From IMG/VR virus record IMGVR_UViG_3300034130_000016, positions 1 to 57,109 of that record: a stretch of 57,109 bases of DNA; one strand, given 5' to 3'. The position numbers and the translations under genes were made by a program. Position 1 is the first letter of the stretch, and each line of letters begins with the position of its first letter. Positions 55,951 through 57,109 of this stretch are shown here, in pieces. This DNA is from a virus (taxonomy: Duplodnaviria; Caudoviricetes). The notes beneath the pieces are model-generated. The model saw only the letters and a list, made by a program, of their open reading frames with translations. It ran no database searches and was not told the origin of the DNA.

Positions 55951-56098
55951 GGAGAGGTTCCCGAAGCGGCCCACGGGTGAGGGTAGGTATTTCGTTCCAC
56001 GGTAGGCGGACTCGCGGCCCGCTGGATGGATCGAGCCCTATCCCAAGACGGCCAGGTTGCGCTGGCCGCCGTCAGTTCGAATCTGACCCTCTCCACCA
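55951..56098 (+). ncRNA. tRNA-like element 2 (148 nt) with extended anticodon arm and encoded CCA
   Basis: GGAGAGG/CCTCTCC-A-CCA acceptor; CCCG/CGGG D-stem; GTCAG-TTCGAAT-CTGAC T-arm; long variable arm; 49-nt insert. Confidence 0.75.
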
Positions 56099-56222
56099 GG
56101 AACCCGACGGGGCACCGGTCGGCGGACTGAGGTACACCACAGGTGCCAAGCGCCGGGGATGCCCCCACGCCTCGGGGGAGGAGGCCACGAACGGCGCGAG
56201 ACACCCCGGAGAGACGGGGGGA

Positions 56223-56287
56223 GGATCGGGCAGCGTCCCGCAAGGGGTACGGCCGTACGGCTGCTGGCTTCGATGCCAGCCGATCCA
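56223..56287 (+). ncRNA. tRNA-like element 3 (acceptor stem and T-like arm only)
   Basis: GGATCGG/CCGATCC-A and CTGGC-TTCGAT-GCCAG. Confidence 0.5.
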
Positions 56288-56295
56288 CGGAGGCA

Positions 56296-56346
56296 GCCAT
56301 GCCTAGCTGACATACCCGACGGGGTTCAGCCCAAGCGAAAAATGGC
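56296..56346 (+). ncRNA. repeated structured motif, copy 1
   Basis: GCCAT..CCTAGCTG-[stem]-GCCCAAGCGAAAA-ATGGC. Confidence 0.55.
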
Positions 56347-56403
56347 ACCACCCGGCCGTGGAGGCGACGGCCCCACGGTCGGGTGGGCACCACAACCGAA
56401 CAC

Positions 56404-56527
56404 GGGGACGTAGCTCAGTGGAGGAGCGTGCTCGGTCGTGCAGCCTGTGCGCACAGGTGAATCGGTCCACGGCCTGATCAGCCGAGGCGAAGAGCGAGGT
56501 ATGGAGGTTCGAGTCCTCCCGTCCCCA
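56404..56527 (+). ncRNA. tRNA-like element 4 (124 nt) with a 58-nt insert in place of the anticodon loop
   Basis: GGGGACG/CGTCCCC-A; GCTC/GAGC D-stem; TGCTC/GAGCG anticodon stem; GGAGG-TTCGAGT-CCTCC. Confidence 0.75.
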
Positions 56528-56543
56528 CGGAGGGAAAATGGGA

Positions 56544-56599
56544 CCTGGTTGACCTAGCTGTCCGGGGAGTAGCTACCCCGGCCCAAGCGAAAATCCAGG
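56544..56599 (+). ncRNA. repeated structured motif, copy 2
   Basis: CCTGG..CCTAGCTG-[stem]-GCCCAAGCGAAAA-T-CCAGG. Confidence 0.55.
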
Positions 56600-56717
56600 C
56601 ATCCGGCCGCGACGGGCCTTACCGCTGGTAACAGGAACGGCCAGGAAGGACCCACCGCCCGGACACGGGACACACGGTGAGCTGCGGATGCGCAGAGACC
56701 CGGACTGGTCAAGTACC

Positions 56718-56781
56718 GCCGTGGTCCAGCGTAGAGACCTTCTACGTGGGGGGTAACCCGGGTTCAAGTCCCGGCACGGCA
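56718..56781 (+). tRNA. degenerate short tRNA-like element 5 (possible ACG loop remnant)
   Basis: GCCGTG/CACGGC-A; CCGGG-TTCAAGT-CCCGG; shrunken D-arm. Confidence 0.5.
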
Positions 56782-56986
56782 CGGATGCACTGGTGGCATG
56801 AGTTCCCCCGGCTTGCCGGGCTCAACACGAGACCAGTGCTGTCGACCAGCAATGAGCGCAGACGCCTAGCGTCAGGGCCGAGCGGGTCGGCGGGTCGCCA
56901 GGGCGTACCGAGGGAAGCCCCCGTGGCCACGGCGTGGCTTCACGCCCTGGCGACCTACCACATGTCGACACCTTGGAGGAGGAGCA

Positions 56987-57109
56987 ATGGCGAAGTCACG
57001 GCCCGCAGGAGGCCGACCGCCCCGCAGGCGCGGACGCGGAGGCGTCGGCCCCGGCCCCGGCTACCGCACCAGCGGAACCGGCAAGGGCAGCACCCACAAG
57101 TCGTCGTCC
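56987..57109 (+). CDS. 5' part of the junction-spanning small membrane protein (continues to 135)
   Basis: GGAGGAGGAG RBS, ATG at 56987, open through the overlap. Confidence 0.75.
   Translation, partial: MAKSRPAGGRPPRRRGRGGVGPGPGYRTSGTGKGSTHKSSS
57083..57109. repeat. 27-bp terminal direct repeat (copy 2)
   Basis: Identical to 1-27. Confidence 0.95.

Noticed and set aside
56429-56496. Hammerhead ribozyme in the scaffold 2 insert (CTGATCA...GAA)
   Set aside because: The core reads CUGAUCA rather than CUGANGA, lacks the A15.1-U16.1 pair and NUH site, and stem II would have a 2-nt loop
56288-56600. HDV-like theta, twister or pistol ribozyme for the repeated motif
   Set aside because: I could not build the P3/L3 and P1.1 pseudoknot or the twister/pistol pairings; only short words (CCCAAGC, GCGAA) are shared
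55402-56781. Ordinary decoding tRNA cluster
   Set aside because: No element has a canonical 5-bp stem with a 7-nt anticodon loop, so no isotype was assigned
55827-56930. ORF-track proteins across the RNA array
   Set aside because: No RBS, atypical composition, and they overlap tRNA-like folds
57083-57109. Biological terminal repeat or att site
   Set aside because: A 27-bp exact overlap inside a read-through ORF is best explained as assembler circularisation
1-57109. CRISPR array, integrase, DNA polymerase, reverse transcriptase/DGR, transposase
   Set aside because: No regularly spaced repeat-spacer array and no recognisable catalytic motifs; a very divergent gene could have been missed by eye

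Overview
The window is a complete, circularly assembled genome (57,082 bp plus a 27-bp end overlap) of a high-GC tailed actinobacteriophage, most likely a siphovirus. The head module resembles cluster-B-like actinophages: portal, MuF-like protein, large maturation protease and two tandem capsid genes. It also has a tail module with a 799-aa tape measure, a GH25 endolysin with holin-like genes, initiator/loader replication genes with an ERF annealase, two ParB-like proteins and a terminase. I recognised no integrase, DNA polymerase, ParA or CRISPR array. Four features stand out. (1) An array of structured RNAs of about 1.7 kb (55.3-57.0 kb) contains five tRNA-like folds. None has a normal anticodon arm; two carry 49-58 nt structured inserts instead, and a repeated non-tRNA motif follows two of them. 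(2) An apparent ADP-ribose toolkit: an 1880-aa repeat protein in the head module ending in Nudix and ART-like domains, a small coupled downstream gene, a membrane-anchored macrodomain and a DUF1810 protein. (3) An AT-rich 13-bp motif (WGATCVAAAACGA-like) occurs 18 times genome-wide, and a separate 21-bp palindromic operator overlaps at least 6 promoters. (4) A glycosyltransferase-methyltransferase-epimerase cassette sits inside the head genes. All assignments come from reading motifs by eye; no database search was run.
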